A DNA stretch of 64,000 bases, taken from Antedon mediterranea. Taxonomy: Eukaryota > Animalia > Echinodermata. The stretch lies in contig NC_092670.1 of the NCBI RefSeq assembly GCF_964355755.1, forward strand, positions 11,394,795 to 11,458,794, in the 5' to 3' direction. Positions 1 through 13,569 of the stretch are shown piece after piece. Below the pieces are notes generated by a model that was not told where the DNA came from, ran no database searches, and was given only the letters and a program-made list of their open reading frames with translations. How positions within the stretch are numbered: position 1 is the stretch's first letter; each line of letters starts with the position of its first letter. The position numbers and the translations under genes are program-made.

Positions 1-994
1 TTGATAGTGGAGTCTCCTAATAAAGACCCATCCTTGTATGGGACGACGAGAAGGGCCAATTGAGTTTCTTTTGAAGACATAGTATTTACAGAAAATCGTG
101 ATGGGTTCACAATGTGAATATCTGTTGTCTATCAACTAATTTATCAAATATGTTTGTTATCATATTCCATGGGGGAAAAACTAATTCAAGCGGATGTCTA
201 AACAGCCAATGCGGCCAACGGATTAAAATGAAATCGAGATGGAACAGATTTAAAACAAAAATGGAAACAATTGTAGTTATATCTTCATTCTCGGAAAAAA
301 CATACCACGTAATAAATGTTATTTCATTTTCCTAGATAGAAATCTATAGTCAAGAGACACCAAGAAAGGAGTACAAGTTGTGAAAACATTACCGAACATT
401 AAAACATTCATGTGTTGTGTCTGTCGATTGTAGAATAACTAGACCCTGGGCATTTGAAACGCTGTGGACAACAGACAACATATTTGTTGGCACAGTTTAT
501 AGTGAAATGATAGTGCTGTTTGGTTCAAATGTTGTTTTGACAATTATCCATGCCTTGTTTTATGGTAATTGAAATCTATGTGACGCATGAATGAATTTAC
601 AAATGGCTCGATGAATAAAATCAAACTTTACATAGGCCATTGTCTTGATAAAGCTATTCACTTCAGCATAAAAAAAATCATTTATAAAACGACAAAATGT
701 ACGGTTAAATTTATAAATATTCAGCATTTATTATAGGCTTATAAAATATTATATTAATAAATAAATAATACAAATAGGACGAAATAAAAATAAAAACACC
801 CCTGGGCATGGGCTTTTTGGTCTTTAAATTGCACTTTTTCAAATTTATTTTTTCTCTCGATCAAATATTGTGAAATATTTTCAGAGGAGTGAAGCACACT
901 TATTAAAAAAGTGGATTCAGAGAGAGGGATACAGAGGCCTTCTCTCACTCCCCATCTCCAATATTAACACTCCATGTCAATTATTTTAACTTAC

Positions 995-1268
995 CTGTAA
1001 GTATAGCGGCTCGGCTAGGCGAACAATATGGATTAGCGTACATCCTATTAAACTTCATGCCTTCCTTCGCAAGCTTGTCGATATTGGGAGTTTTTACACT
1101 CTTGTTTCCATAGCAACCTAAATCTCCCAACCCGGTATCGTCCAGAAGAAATAGTACAACATTCGGTGGCCGTTCAGCGTTTTGATTTTCAACTTTAGAA
1201 GCTAAAACTGTGGCGACTAAATACATAGTAAAACATACTGCTGTATAGTATCTGACCGTACTAGCCAT
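995..1268 (-). CDS. First coding exon of a type I (formylglycine-dependent) sulfatase, arylsulfatase/steryl-sulfatase-like, with signal peptide. The remaining exons appear to lie left of the window.
   Basis: ATG at 1268-1266 gives [25 protein letters not shown] (hydrophobic leader), then [22 protein letters not shown] (sulfatase PN..DD.G.GD motif) and [12 protein letters not shown] (CxPxR active-site signature). The exon ends at a canonical CAG|GTAAGT donor (plus strand acttac|ctg, 989-997), phase 1. Confidence 0.93.
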
Positions 1269-1954
1269 ATTGTTAATATAATAAAGAATTAAACAAAATT
1301 GAAGGCCTACTAACAGTGGGTGACTTAGACGAACCGACTGAACTCTTGCACCGTCCAAGTCAAAAAGCAAGTGTAAGATTTTCTAAAACGGTAGGCGCGC
1401 CTACATTGCTGACCTGTCACAAAGTGGCGCTATAACGTTTACCGGTTATTGAAACGTTGATATAAAATAATTTAATTAACTAGGTCATACGATCAACCTT
1501 CACAATAATCTATTCTTTTACTACCCATAAAAAATAAATAGGCTTCCTATCTAACACCATTTTAATCACAAATTATAATGCTTATCGGTAACGTACTTTT
1601 GATAAAAGTATAAATCACCGGTGTATGGAAAGTGCCAGCATGGTTAGGCTGCGGCCATACGGCGAATTATGCATAATTTGTACTTCGCCGCTGTATGCAA
1701 ATTTCTCCATCAAAAATTGTATGAAGCGCCAGGGTATTAATCACTATTTTTTAGTCTTAATAAAAAATCAAGCAATCCAAAGTACAGTAATACAATAAAA
1801 TAGTGTCTTTCTACAGCATGTGAACTAAGCGTTTTGCTGGAGTCATTCAGAGAGAAATGGGAAAGCTTGTAGCAACATAAGATCACGTACATTGATAAAT
1901 TTAGGAAGGGTGAAGAAAGATTGAAAAAAAGAGAAAGAAATGGAGGATGGAAAG

Positions 1955-2090
1955 AGGGACTAAATTCAAGAAATTGCTGGGGTGGGGAAGGATTTGTGAA
2001 TAAAAAAAAAACCAAAACCAAAGAAGAATGACATTGTAGGCCTATCTCAAATCCTTCAACCACCCCAGAAATTTCCTAAATTTAGTTCCA
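1955..2090. repeat. Imperfect inverted repeat (about 45-bp arms, about 45-bp spacer)
   Basis: ggactaaattcaagaaattgctggggtggggaaggatttgtga (~1957-1999) is the near reverse complement of tctcaaatccttcaaccaccccagaaatttcctaaatttagttcc (~2045-2089). Confidence 0.8.
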
Positions 2091-4029
2091 CCTGTATTTT
2101 CCCCTGCTATAACCATCAGCCTACATCCTTCTTACCCCTCGTCCTCGCTCGTAATCATCCTCCCTTCAAAGATGTGTATCTCTCTTAAACGAGCCTTCGT
2201 CTTCCACCTTGCTCCTCGTCTTCGGATTGTCCTTCTTACAAAGCATGCATCTGTCCCTGCTAAAACCACCTCACCTTTCTTTCCCCTCCGTCCTCCAAAC
2301 TAAAGACATGTACCATATGCTCGAGAAAACACGGTACAATACTTCTTGTATACCATAGTATACGGAGAGACATCTCGATAGTGCTTTGCAATCATGGCAA
2401 TCCCCAGGGTGGTGCTGCACCGCTGTCTTGTTGTCATGTATTTTTGTGCCTGAAAATTGAATAAAATAAAATAAAATAAAAACCCGTAGGCCTAAATTTC
2501 ACTGCAGACTTATAAGTTGGATTTTTTTCGATAACAATAAGATGAAAAATGGTATGTGAAGATTTTGTTTGAAAGATTTATATATAGGCCTATTATTCGA
2601 AATTTTGATTATAAAAATGGCAATATTAAATTCAATATCATTTAATACCGTAAATATCGACAATTTAAACAGAAATAAAAAGCTACAGCTAGAATAATTA
2701 TAAAAGCAGCTCTGAAATGTGACGACGAAAGAGTTTTGTAATGGCCCAAACTAGTATCATTATGACATAAAAGTTGTAGGCAAGATGAATTTGGCCCATT
2801 TATCTTTAATAACTACTCCCACTCGATGATATTTCAGTTCAGCTTATTGTGGGGTTTTTTTTCGGGACAATAACATTATAAAAAATCACATTAAAAAATG
2901 TTTCGTGGAAAAGTCAACCTTTGTTTGGAGAAATGATCATAACATGCATCAGCAATACCATAATAGCACCCATAAGCAGTGTCACTAGATACATATTGAC
3001 TGACTATCGCAAGTCAGTTAGATACAAGATTTCAGAAGCCATCCTTTTACTATTCGAACCCACTTTGTCAAATGGTATTTCCTAGCAGGTGTGATATATG
3101 CCCCCTTCAATTATGTTACATTAAAATGGAAGAAAGTGGAGATTGGGGCACGAACGTTTGGAAAGTAAAACAAAAAATAAATAATTTGTTTTTGTTATGA
3201 ATAGACTTTTAGAGTTATAGAAGTGAAAAAAGAAAAACTTATATCTATAAGTTTATTAAAACAAATATAACATTTATAAAAACAAATGTACTTTTTTATA
3301 TTTCTAGTTAAAATAATGGGCCTTTACCCCGATCAGTGAACTTACGTCTTCCAATAGTTTTGAACAGTAACTGTCACATGTATCCTATAACCCGTATCCT
3401 TACTTGATACAGGGCCACATGTGATACAAATAAGATGCGGTATCATCATTGAGGAGTCCATGGTATTACAAAATATTCGTATATGTAGAGCATTGGGAAT
3501 CGGGTATTATACAGCCGGTAATAACATTTTACCGATATTAAGTTATTGTCATACCTTTTAAAACTTGTTCTATCTTCTCATTATATTGTATATAATGATT
3601 TTGAAGGAAAATCAATTGCGTAGCGTGTCTCATCGTCTTCCCATCCACGAATATGACTTGATTAATATTCGTTGTGTTTTTTTCTAATAGATAGTAAGTT
3701 TAATTTTTTTAGTCAGAGCCAAACCTCACTGCTATTTAGCATCGTGTACTGAAATATTGGATTGTCTGAGCAGCAATAGAAGATGATTAAGTTCGTGTAT
3801 AAAATACGGGTATGATATTAAAAACAAGTTTCAAAATGCTTACATCAATTACTAACTGAATAAAAAACACTCTAAGCAAACAGTCTTAAAATATCATATT
3901 TAGTCCATTAGTAGTTTTAATGGCTTTGGTTTTTATTAAGGAATAAAATAAATTGTTTATAGATGCCGTATGTTAAATGTCAATGAGTATCTTCTCGGTG
4001 TATGAGATGCACAAGAAAGCAAGAGATTT

Positions 4030-4320
4030 AAAGGTACAAGCCACATAGCCTATGAATTTCATCAAGCTTAAACTATTCCTGAACGGGATGATCGGGCAAG
4101 ATATTGGTCGAGATGCGGGGATGGGAAAGAGGGCTAGCTTTAAAAAGACACATCTTATAAACCATAAACTCGTTCTGAATCAAAATTCAAGGTGTTTTAT
4201 AGGAGCCAGGGTCGGTCGAGTTGTGAGAATGGTACATCTTATACTATTGTCTGAAGACGTTGTCAATGCTCAATCAAGAAATAGTTTCAAGAATAAACTG
4301 CACAAACTTGGTCTAGAGCG
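4030..4320 (+). mobile_element. Degenerate 3' end of a CR1/L2-group LINE ORF2
   Basis: Translation RVVRMVHLILLSEDVVNAQSRNSFKNKLHKL resembles the CR1-type C-terminal RVV..WN.LP..VV.A.S.NSFK..LD motif. Confidence 0.6.
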
Positions 4321-4402
4321 GGTAACAGGCGAAAACGCCGTCACCCGAAATCTACTATAACCATTTCATTTCTGTACAATATTTTTCACAGCTTCTCTCT
4401 AC

Positions 4403-4790
4403 TTGGCTTCTTCTTCTCCCCTACGCGACTTCTTCACCCCTACCCGACTTCTTCACCCCTACCCCACTTCTTCTCCCCTACCTGACTTCTTCATCCCCCT
4501 ACTCGACTTCTTCACCCCTACCCGGCTTCTTCTCCTCTACCTGACTTCTTCACTCCTACCCGACTTCTTCACCTCTACCCGGCTTCTTCTCCTCTGCCCG
4601 ATTTCTTTTTCTCCCCTACCCAAATTCTTTACCCCTACCCGGCTTCTTCTCCTCTACCCGATTTCTTCTTCTTCCTTACCCGACTTCTTCACCCCTACCC
4701 GACTTTTTCTCCTCTACCCGACTTCTTCACCCTACCTGGCTTCTTCCCCTCTAATCGACTTCTTCACCCCTGCCCGGCTTCTTTTCCGGG
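4403..4790. repeat. C/T-rich minisatellite (about 19-20-bp subunits such as ccctacccgacttcttca and ccggcttcttctcctcta)
   Basis: Direct tandem repetition is visible and accounts for the spurious ORF 4403-4819. Confidence 0.9.
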
Positions 4791-6759
4791 CCTACACGGC
4801 TACCGCTCATCAACCATAACCGACCGTGAGTACATACCTGAACTTGTATGACGTGAAGCCTCAGCACAATCGTATTAACTATATAGTAATAACTAGATAC
4901 TAGTATTCCTTATGAGTATTTTAAAAGTAAGGTATAGCTATCACTCAGTTCTGTACTGTATGTTTAATTGTACTTTGATATTAAATTAGGAACGTACTTT
5001 TTTGACAGTTCAAATTTTAATAATATTACATATTTATTTGTTAATAAAATAGAGAATATAGCCTAAGGAAGATTTTTTTATTAAATCGACCAAACGCAGA
5101 CAGATAATGAACGGGTGTCAAGAAAGGGCTTTCACGTTAACAACCCTTTATGGTCATTTTGTGGATCTAAATACCTGCGGCGGCATTTTTTCGACCAGAA
5201 AATTTTAAAAAGGGTGGAATGGAGAAAAAAATGTTACAATAATTTGAATTATCACTGTTGCAACGTCGCAAAAATAGGCACCGTGCTTCCGTCGTCCCAT
5301 TTTTTTGTCTACGTCCTTGCGCTTGGAACCAATATAATAATATTACCAACCAAATGAAATTTTCTTTTTCACCATTTATGAAATAGCCTAATATTTTAAG
5401 GTTCGTGTTCAATTATAAAGACACATTACCATAAAGAAATACGCCTTGGCCTTGATAGTCAATAATATGTCACACGAGTGTAATTCCTCTTCTAAGATAT
5501 ATTTTCTTTAGTAGATTGACGTATTGATAAAATGGAAATGTTCGATTTTTTGGAATGACGACGGGTGAGGATGTAATTGCACTCGAGGATAAATTTTTTC
5601 TCAGGTAAATAATTTTTTTTCAGTCCCGACTGAAGCTCATAATCGATTTGGCCTACAGAGAATATCGTTAAAGATATATTGTCCCCCTAAAAAATATATT
5701 TGTTAATTTTTTTGTTGAATATGTTATTTTAATGTCACATAATAGTTATTCACTCTCACAAAAAATTGGGTGTGAAAAAAATTTATGTACCTGAGAAAAA
5801 TGTAATTTAAAGCAAAAAATGGTCAAATTGTCTGGAAGACAATGAGTTTTTGGATAAGTTAACTGTTTATTTTGTCTTTTTATAGGTGAAATCATTTTTT
5901 TCCCCCGTTTTTTTTCTTATGGAAGTGAACAACTTCATTAAAACTGCAAAATGGCCTATTCAAAGTCCGATTTTAAAAATCTTTATTTTTCATGATTTTG
6001 GGGGACAATACATCTTTAAAGAAATGCCTGAGAGCAAATATCACAAAGCAGTATCATATTATAAACTAAATCAAATTCACATACATGTTAAAACAATACG
6101 ATAAAGCGATACACTTCTTCGGTAACAGATGATATATCTTTCAAAAAATCTTCTTTTTGATAAGTTGATAGCCGACAGAAATTCTTTCCCTTTTTAGATT
6201 GAGAGATGTCGCCCTCTATAGTTTGTCAAACTCGCCTTTTTTTTCTCTCTTCAGAATACTAACACCAATAAATTTAAACAACTATGTCAACAATGAAAAC
6301 TATTCACGTTAATTTTATTTTCTGAAGTTTTAAATTCACAACTTACAAATTAAATAACGCTTGCAATCAAGTTTATCGACAGTACACCATAAATTGTACA
6401 CTGTGTTCATACAGTTCAAACATTCAACATGGAAGTAAAGTATTTCTTTTAGAACATTACTATAGGCCTACTTTTAACAATAAGAAAGTTGGTGATATAG
6501 TGGTTTTTTATTACATTAATTAAACAGTATCGATTGGTTGATAACAACCGATGAATGTATTTGTGATAATGGCATGGTTAATAAGAATAGTTTAAAATAA
6601 AGAATATATTTGTCAAATGGTACTGTCTGGTATACTTATGTTGACAATGAAGAATTTCATGAAAGTATGCAAGTACTATAATAGCGGTAATTTTACTTTG
6701 ATTATAACGAATTAATTATAACGTTGATGAAAATAATGATTGAATAAAAAAGAGCTGGC

Positions 6760-9130
6760 AATAATAGTGACAATTACAATGCTAGTAATAGTGATACCGT
6801 TGATAACATTAGTGAAACTTTTGGTAACGATAGTGATGCTGTTGATAACGATAGTGATTGTGTTGATAACGATAGTGATTGTGTTGATAACGATAGTGAT
6901 GCTGTTGGTAACGATAGTGATGCTGTTGGTAACGATAGTGATACTGTTGATAACGATAGTGATACTGTTGATAACGACAGTGATGCTGTTGGTAACGATA
7001 GTGATGCTGTTGATAACGATAGTGATACTTTTAGTAACGATAGTGATGCTGTTGATAACGATAATGATAATGTTGATAACGATAGTGATAGTGTTGATAA
7101 CGATAGTGGTGCTGTTGGTAACGATAGTGATGATGTTGATAACGATAGTGATACTTTTAGTAACGATAGTGATGCTGTTGATAACGATAATGATAATGTT
7201 GATAACGATAGTGATGCTGTTGATAACGATAGTGATGCTGTTGGTAACGATAGTGATGCTGTTGGTAACGATAGTGATACTGTTGATAACGATAGTGATA
7301 CTGCTGATAACGACAGTGATGCTGTTGGTAACGATAGTGATGCTGTTGGTAACGATAGTGATGCTGTTGATAACGATAGTGATACTTTTAGTAACGATAG
7401 TGATGCTGTTGATAACGATAATGATAGTGTTGATAACGATAGTGGTGCTGTTGGTAACGATAGTGATGCTGGTGATAACGATAGTGATACTTTTAGTAAC
7501 GATAGTGATGCTGTTGATAACGATAATGATAATGTTGATAACGATAGTGATGCTGTTGATAACGATAGTGATGCTGTTGATAACGATAGTGATTGTCTTG
7601 ATAACGATAGTGATACTTTTAGTAACGATAGTGATGCTGTTGATAACGATGATAATGTTGATAACGATAGTGATACTGTGATAACGGTGATGTTGATAAC
7701 GTTAGTGATGCTGTTTATAACGACAGTGATAATGTTGATAATGATATTGTTGATAACAGTGATGTTTTTGATAACGATAGTGATACTGTTTCTAACGATA
7801 GTGATGATGTTAATAAGGATAGTGATGATGTTGATAACGACAGTGATACAGTTAATAACGATAGTGATAATGTTGATAACGATAGTGATACTGTTGATAA
7901 CGACAGTGATGCTGTTGATAATGATAGTGATGCTGTTGATAACGACAGTGATACAGTTAATAACGATAGTGATACTGTTGATAACGACAGTGATACTGTT
8001 GATAACGACAGTGATGCTGTTGATAATGATAGTGATGCTGTTGGTAACGATAGTGATAATGTTGATAACGACAGTGATACTGTTGATAACGACAGTGATG
8101 CTGTTGATAATGATAGTGATGCTGTTGATAACGATAGTGATACTGTTGATAGTGATACTGTTGTTAACGATAGTGATACTGTTGATAACTATGGTGATGA
8201 TGTTGATAACAATAGTAATACAGTTTATAACGATAGTGGTGCTGTTTGATAACGATAGTGATGCTGTTGATAACGATAGTGGTGCTGTTGATAACGATAG
8301 TGATACTGTTGATAATGATAGTCATACAGTTGATAACGATAGTCATACTGTTGATAACGATAGTGATGGTGTTGATAACGATAGTGATACTGTTGATAAC
8401 GATAGTGATGGTGTTTATAACGATAGTGATACTGTTGATAACGAAAATCATACTGTTGATAACGACAGTGATGGTGTTGATAACGATAGTGATACTGTTG
8501 ATAACGATAGTGATGGTGTTTATAACGATAGTGATACTGTTGATAACGAAAATCATACTGTTGATAACGATAGTGATGATGTTGATAACGATAGTGATAC
8601 TGTTGATAACGATAGTGATGCTGTTGATAACAATAGTATTGTAGTGTTGTTGATAACGACGGTGATGCTGTTGATAATGATATTGATACTGTTGATAACG
8701 ATAGTGATGGTGTTGATAACGATAGTGATACTGTTGATAACGATAGTGATGCTGTTAATAACGATAGTGATGCTGTTGATAACGATGGTGATACTGTTGA
8801 TAACGATAGTGATGCTGTTGATAACGATAATTATAGTGTTAATAACAATAGTGGTGCTGTTGATAACGATATTGGTGCTGTTGATAAAGATAGTGATGCT
8901 GTTGGTTAGGGAAGTGATGCTGTTGATAACGATAGTGATCCTTTTAATAAAGATAATGATGTTGTTGATAACAGTGATGCTGTAGATAACGACAATGATG
9001 CTGTTGATAACGATAATTATACTGTTGATAACGATAATGATAGTCGTACTGTTGATAAATATAACGTTGATAATGATAAGGATAATAATAACGATAGTTG
9101 TAATGATGATAGCGTTTGTTACGATGTTGA
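6760..9130. repeat. 21-bp minisatellite GTTGATAACGATAGTGATGCT, roughly 100 copies, grading into decayed GAT/AAT low-complexity sequence to ~10120
   Basis: Directly visible 21-bp period. It reads ITIVMLL or VDNDSDA depending on frame, with frame shifts near 7679, 8245 and 8643. Confidence 0.97.
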
Positions 9131-11613
9131 TAATGAGAGTAGTGAAGATAGAATAATACTGATAACTAATGATGAAAGGAAAATGATGGAATATTTCAGA
9201 AAATAAATGATGCTTTTAAAGATGATGGAATGTCTTTTGTTATTTTTTTTTGCAATTTCATTTAAGTTTTGGATATTGATATTTGTTTTATGGTGAACAA
9301 AATTATGACAAAAAAACGATGTTGTTAAAAAGCTGTTAATAAGATGCTGGAATAATACTGATGAACAATGATGTTGTTTAGAAGATGATGGTATACAATA
9401 CTGGTGAAAGATGATGATGACAGAATTGATGCTGTTAATATTAATAAGATTATGGTACAGTATTCTGTAATTCTGTTGACCAATGATGAGCAAAAATTAC
9501 GATGCTGTTAAAGATGATGAAATCATACTGATGAATTACTTCGACAGAAATTACCCTGTTAATAAATGATAATGTAGTGCTGATGATAACTAATGTTGTG
9601 AATACGATGATGGATAATATTGATAAATAAATGACGTAGGTTTTCTGATGAAAACATGATGATATAACCGATAAATAATGATGACAGCAAACGATGTTGT
9701 TAATAAGATGTTTATTAGATGATGGCATAATGCTAATGAACGATGATAACAGGAAATGATGATGTTAGTAAGATGGAACAATACTGTTGCACAATTGATA
9801 TTGTTAAATATTAAGATGATGATACAGTATATTGTAATTCTGTTGAAGAAAAATCACGATGCTGTTAATGATGATGAAATAATAGTATATTGAATAACTT
9901 CGACAGAAATGATGCTGTTAATAAATTATGGTGTAATTCTGTTGAACAATGACAACAGAAAATTGCGATGTTGATAATATGGATTGGACGATGAATAACA
10001 GAAATGAGGCTGTTAATAATGATGCTGTAATTCTATTGAACAATGATGACGATGCAGTTAATAAGATGAATGTACAATACTGTACTGATGAAGAATGATG
10101 TTTATCGATATTGTAATAACCACTTACCGTTGTACAACCTTTGTCATGAATTACTTATTATTCAACTCTGTTAACAAATTCAAATAATTATTAAAATTAT
10201 TATATGGTGAATCAATATTTACATAGATCAGACATTATTGTAAACAAGAGCATGACATACAATCGTCTGACAACAGGTGTGTTAAATATATACATATTGT
10301 GTCATTATATTGATTTGAATACTTCAACACAATATTATATTATGTAAAAACACCATTCTATATAGTAACAACCTTATCAGTTAATAATTGAATAATGTGA
10401 CGGCTTATATCAAATGTACAACACTATTGTTTATACAAATTATCTACAAAGATGACAATATGAGAATACTCAGAACCGATATTGTTTATGTACCGTACGG
10501 CGTACACTCTATTGATTTGATGTTTTTGTTTCTTTTCATAATCAAGTGTGAAATAGATTTATAACCGATTTGTATGAAACATTTAAAAACATTCCATACC
10601 TTTTCTTTCATTGATTCAATGACTGAAGTAAGATTGAGTGTGATGCTTGGAATAAGACTTACAATACTTAGACATAAATGTTCATACACATAGAAGAGAT
10701 AGACACATTACAATTAATAATACTTATAATACTTAAGAATATAATTGAAAATGTGTTGTTCTGTTATTGTTCAATTAGTTATGTAATTATTATGCTTCAT
10801 ACACAAAGCCTCTAAGTGTTAACAGTATTACCTCAGTCATTTTGTGGATCAAACACGTAATGGAAACATACTCCCAATGCAGCTTTACCAGGTAACCTGG
10901 TGGAAAACGTAAGTAAAGTATCTTGCCTAAGGATATAAGCAACCAAACGAGTGTTTGACTGAAATACAACGTCCAAAAACTGCCCTAAAGCTCTGTCTAC
11001 TATACATATGGACACGATGACGTCATGTAATATTTTGGCACATCACACATGGTTTACTATTTATGCTTTCTGACTGAAATAAGGCTTTTGAAAAGAGGAA
11101 ATGTACTGTACTCCTTTTAAAAGCTTTATTTCAAAGGTTTTCTGCAAGTCAGTTTCTATTCTAGATGACTTGCAACAGTCTGTTAGACTCAATCTAGTGA
11201 CAGCTGCAGATTCAGGTGCAAGCCAGCTGTTGAATGGTTATTAGTGCTTTCGACCGTCCGAGATCGGCTGATGAGGCCTAACTATTGCCAAGAGACATGC
11301 ATATCGTCTTATCGTCTGTCATGAATACAATTTGTGTAGGCCTACAATCTTAAGATATTGTATTTTGATAAGTGGACGTGCCATAACGTACCATTATTAT
11401 TGTCATAACTAACTGTCTGCAACGATTAACATTTTTATACTATAAATTTTACGGACATTAGAGAATAGAACAAAATTATTAGACCTATCAAATTTCAAAT
11501 AAAATGATTATAATTTTTATCTCATACAGACCTAAAACGGACCTTAATATCATAACCGTATGTTGTCAATAGTTTGAAATAATAACGTTTTTTTTTTAAA
11601 TTTCAGTGCACTT

Positions 11614-11703
11614 GATAGAAACGAGTTCACACATCTATTAAACGCGTTTATATCCTTGATAAAAACGAGTCGAGTTCACACATCTATTAAACGCGTTTAT
11701 ACC
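11614..11703. repeat. Tandem duplication of about 45-50 bp
   Basis: cgagttcacacatctattaaacgcgtttata occurs twice in succession. Confidence 0.85.
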
Positions 11704-12330
11704 CGCTATATTACAATGAAAAGGAATGTATAGCTCTATTCTTTCTGTGTTTCTTTTCTATTGAATTTCGATTACGAAATAGAAACACACACCTTATACG
11801 CTCGATAGAAATGCGTCTAATTACCTCAAGTGGGATCTATGATCAACTCGGTCGTTTGAATCACAAGTTAGTCTGTGCTTGAAGCAAACAGGGTTAATTT
11901 AATCTATTGGGAACCATTTAATCACGCTCATTACATGCTATATTGCGGTTAATTTGCTCTGTGGGCAAGCGTTTTATATATAAATAAATATATAATATTT
12001 TTAGCTATCTCTGTGTATGTTTTCAGACATTTTCTTCAACCTAATGCGTGTTTCAAGCGTTGTTATACATTGAATTTGAATAACAGCGAATCAGTCGGCC
12101 GTGTGGAACATAATTAGACGCATATACACGATGTTTTATTGACTTATTCAATGTAAAATTTAATTGGATATGTTTTATGGGGTTTAAAAAGTCATAATCT
12201 TTCAAGTTAATTTTGAAATTATTACTAAAATTGGTCAACAATAATGTAAGCATCTCAATGTACGCATGAAAGGTAAGACGTTTTTAAACGAAGAGATGAT
12301 GAAACCTCTGTAAACCAAAGTGCATATTTA

Positions 12331-12452
12331 AGCTTGGGTTCCCACGCAAGTACGTGGCGCAACGTATGATTATTCGAACTGTCGCGTGTTGTGATTGGTC
12401 AACTCGCTTGCGCTGCGGCTTACGGTCTTGCGTTGCGTCCTAGTGAAACCAA
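12331..12452. mobile_element. MITE family A copy (palindromic, TIR about AGCTTGGTTCCCACTAG, TAA/TTA flanks; PIF/Harbinger-like)
   Basis: Homologous to copies at 13240, 17404, 20340, 31064, 36846, 44720, 51235, 58465 and 63593, sharing the gtgattggtcaactcgcttgcg core. Confidence 0.8.
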
Positions 12453-13014
12453 TTAATAGTTTTCTTACACTTCATTTTACATTACCGTGACAAACTAGAG
12501 TGTGTGAGTGTAAATGCGTACTTGTACATAATCACGCACACATTTCGTACATTGTGTTACATTGTGATTACAACGTGTGAATCGGGCTTTACAACAAGCT
12601 AATGGAAATGAGTGACGTTTTACGCACTTTACATTTCTCTCAACCTTAGATTGACCGTTGCCAGCTTATATCGGCTGTAAATCTATCCCGATAATGTCCA
12701 TCTCACTCTCTGAGGAATATTATGTAGGCCTGTGTGCGAATTTACTGTATGTTAATGAAAGTTTAATGCAACCTACGCCATGGTATTTTATACCGCCTGC
12801 AATATAAAATTTAGCGTGGCAAATTGTGATGTGAACAGCTGCGCGCGTGACGTCATTTTGAGAGTGGATACTTTATTAAGTATTCACGTCGTTTTTTACA
12901 GAAGTAATATAAGTTATATTAAGAATACAGAAAATAGATATATGTTATCTTGTTTGATTGAACTACTATACCCACTGACATTTACGTACACTTACTACAA
13001 TTATTATACTATAA

Positions 13015-13228
13015 AGTCCAATTTACACAGACGAGTCGTACCGGTAAGCGGAAAACAAATATATATATAATATATATATAAAATCTATGTTATTTCTTAT
13101 GACTATTTACGCAACATGCGGAGCGGACGGGGGCGGTTGAGCGGAATAGATAGATAGATAGATACAGATTATTATATGTGGGACAAGCTACGCGGTTTTC
13201 TCTTACCGCTACCACTGTCTGTACATTA
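13015..13228. mobile_element. MITE family B copy (TIR about AGGCCAATTTACACAGACGAGCGGTAACGG)
   Basis: Homologous to 13401-13569, 36736-36842 and 63767-63919, and preceded by TAA. Confidence 0.8.
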
Positions 13229-13239
13229 ATTAACCCTAA

Positions 13240-13397
13240 AGCTTAGTTCTCACTAGGACGCAACGCAAAGACGTAAGTGTAACGCAAGCGGGTTGACTAA
13301 TAGCAAGCGACAGTTCGAATAATCCATCGCTTGTGATTTGTCAACTCACTTACGTTGCGTTACGGCCTTGTGTTGAGTCTCTGGTGGGAACTAAGCA
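13240..13397. mobile_element. MITE family A, full-length copy
   Basis: taa|agcttagttctcactag ... ctggtgggaactaagca|tta. Nearly the whole element is a palindrome. Confidence 0.9.
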
Positions 13398-13400
13398 TTA

Positions 13401-13569
13401 AAGCCAATTTACACAGACGAGCGGTAACGGTAATAAAAATTCCTTATGACCATTTACACACAACGCGGAGCGGACGGTCGGTCCGCTCAGGATAGATACA
13501 GATTATACGTGGGACAATCTACGCGGTTCACCGCTTACCGTTACCGCTCGTCTATGTATAAATTGGCCT
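13401..13569. mobile_element. MITE family B, full-length copy
   Basis: tta|aagccaatttacacagacgagcggtaacggtaa ... ttaccgttaccgctcgtctatgtataaattggcct|taa. Confidence 0.9.

Noticed and set aside
1-500. Sulfatase exon 2 or a transposase fragment (LVWDDEK)
   Set aside because: No sulfatase-like continuation on the minus strand, and the plus frame has multiple stops.
981-1370. ORF-track extent of the sulfatase
   Set aside because: The track starts at a non-ATG codon and runs into the intron. The real exon is ATG 1268 to donor 995.
5065-6110. Probable non-autonomous DNA transposon (internal ttgtcccc/ggggacaa inverted motif)
   Set aside because: Termini and TSD could not be defined by eye.
6740-8985. 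Long hydrophobic ORFs (313, 435, 132 and 130 aa) that look like membrane proteins
   Set aside because: They are stop-free readings of the 21-bp satellite, with no unique domain and with frame switches.
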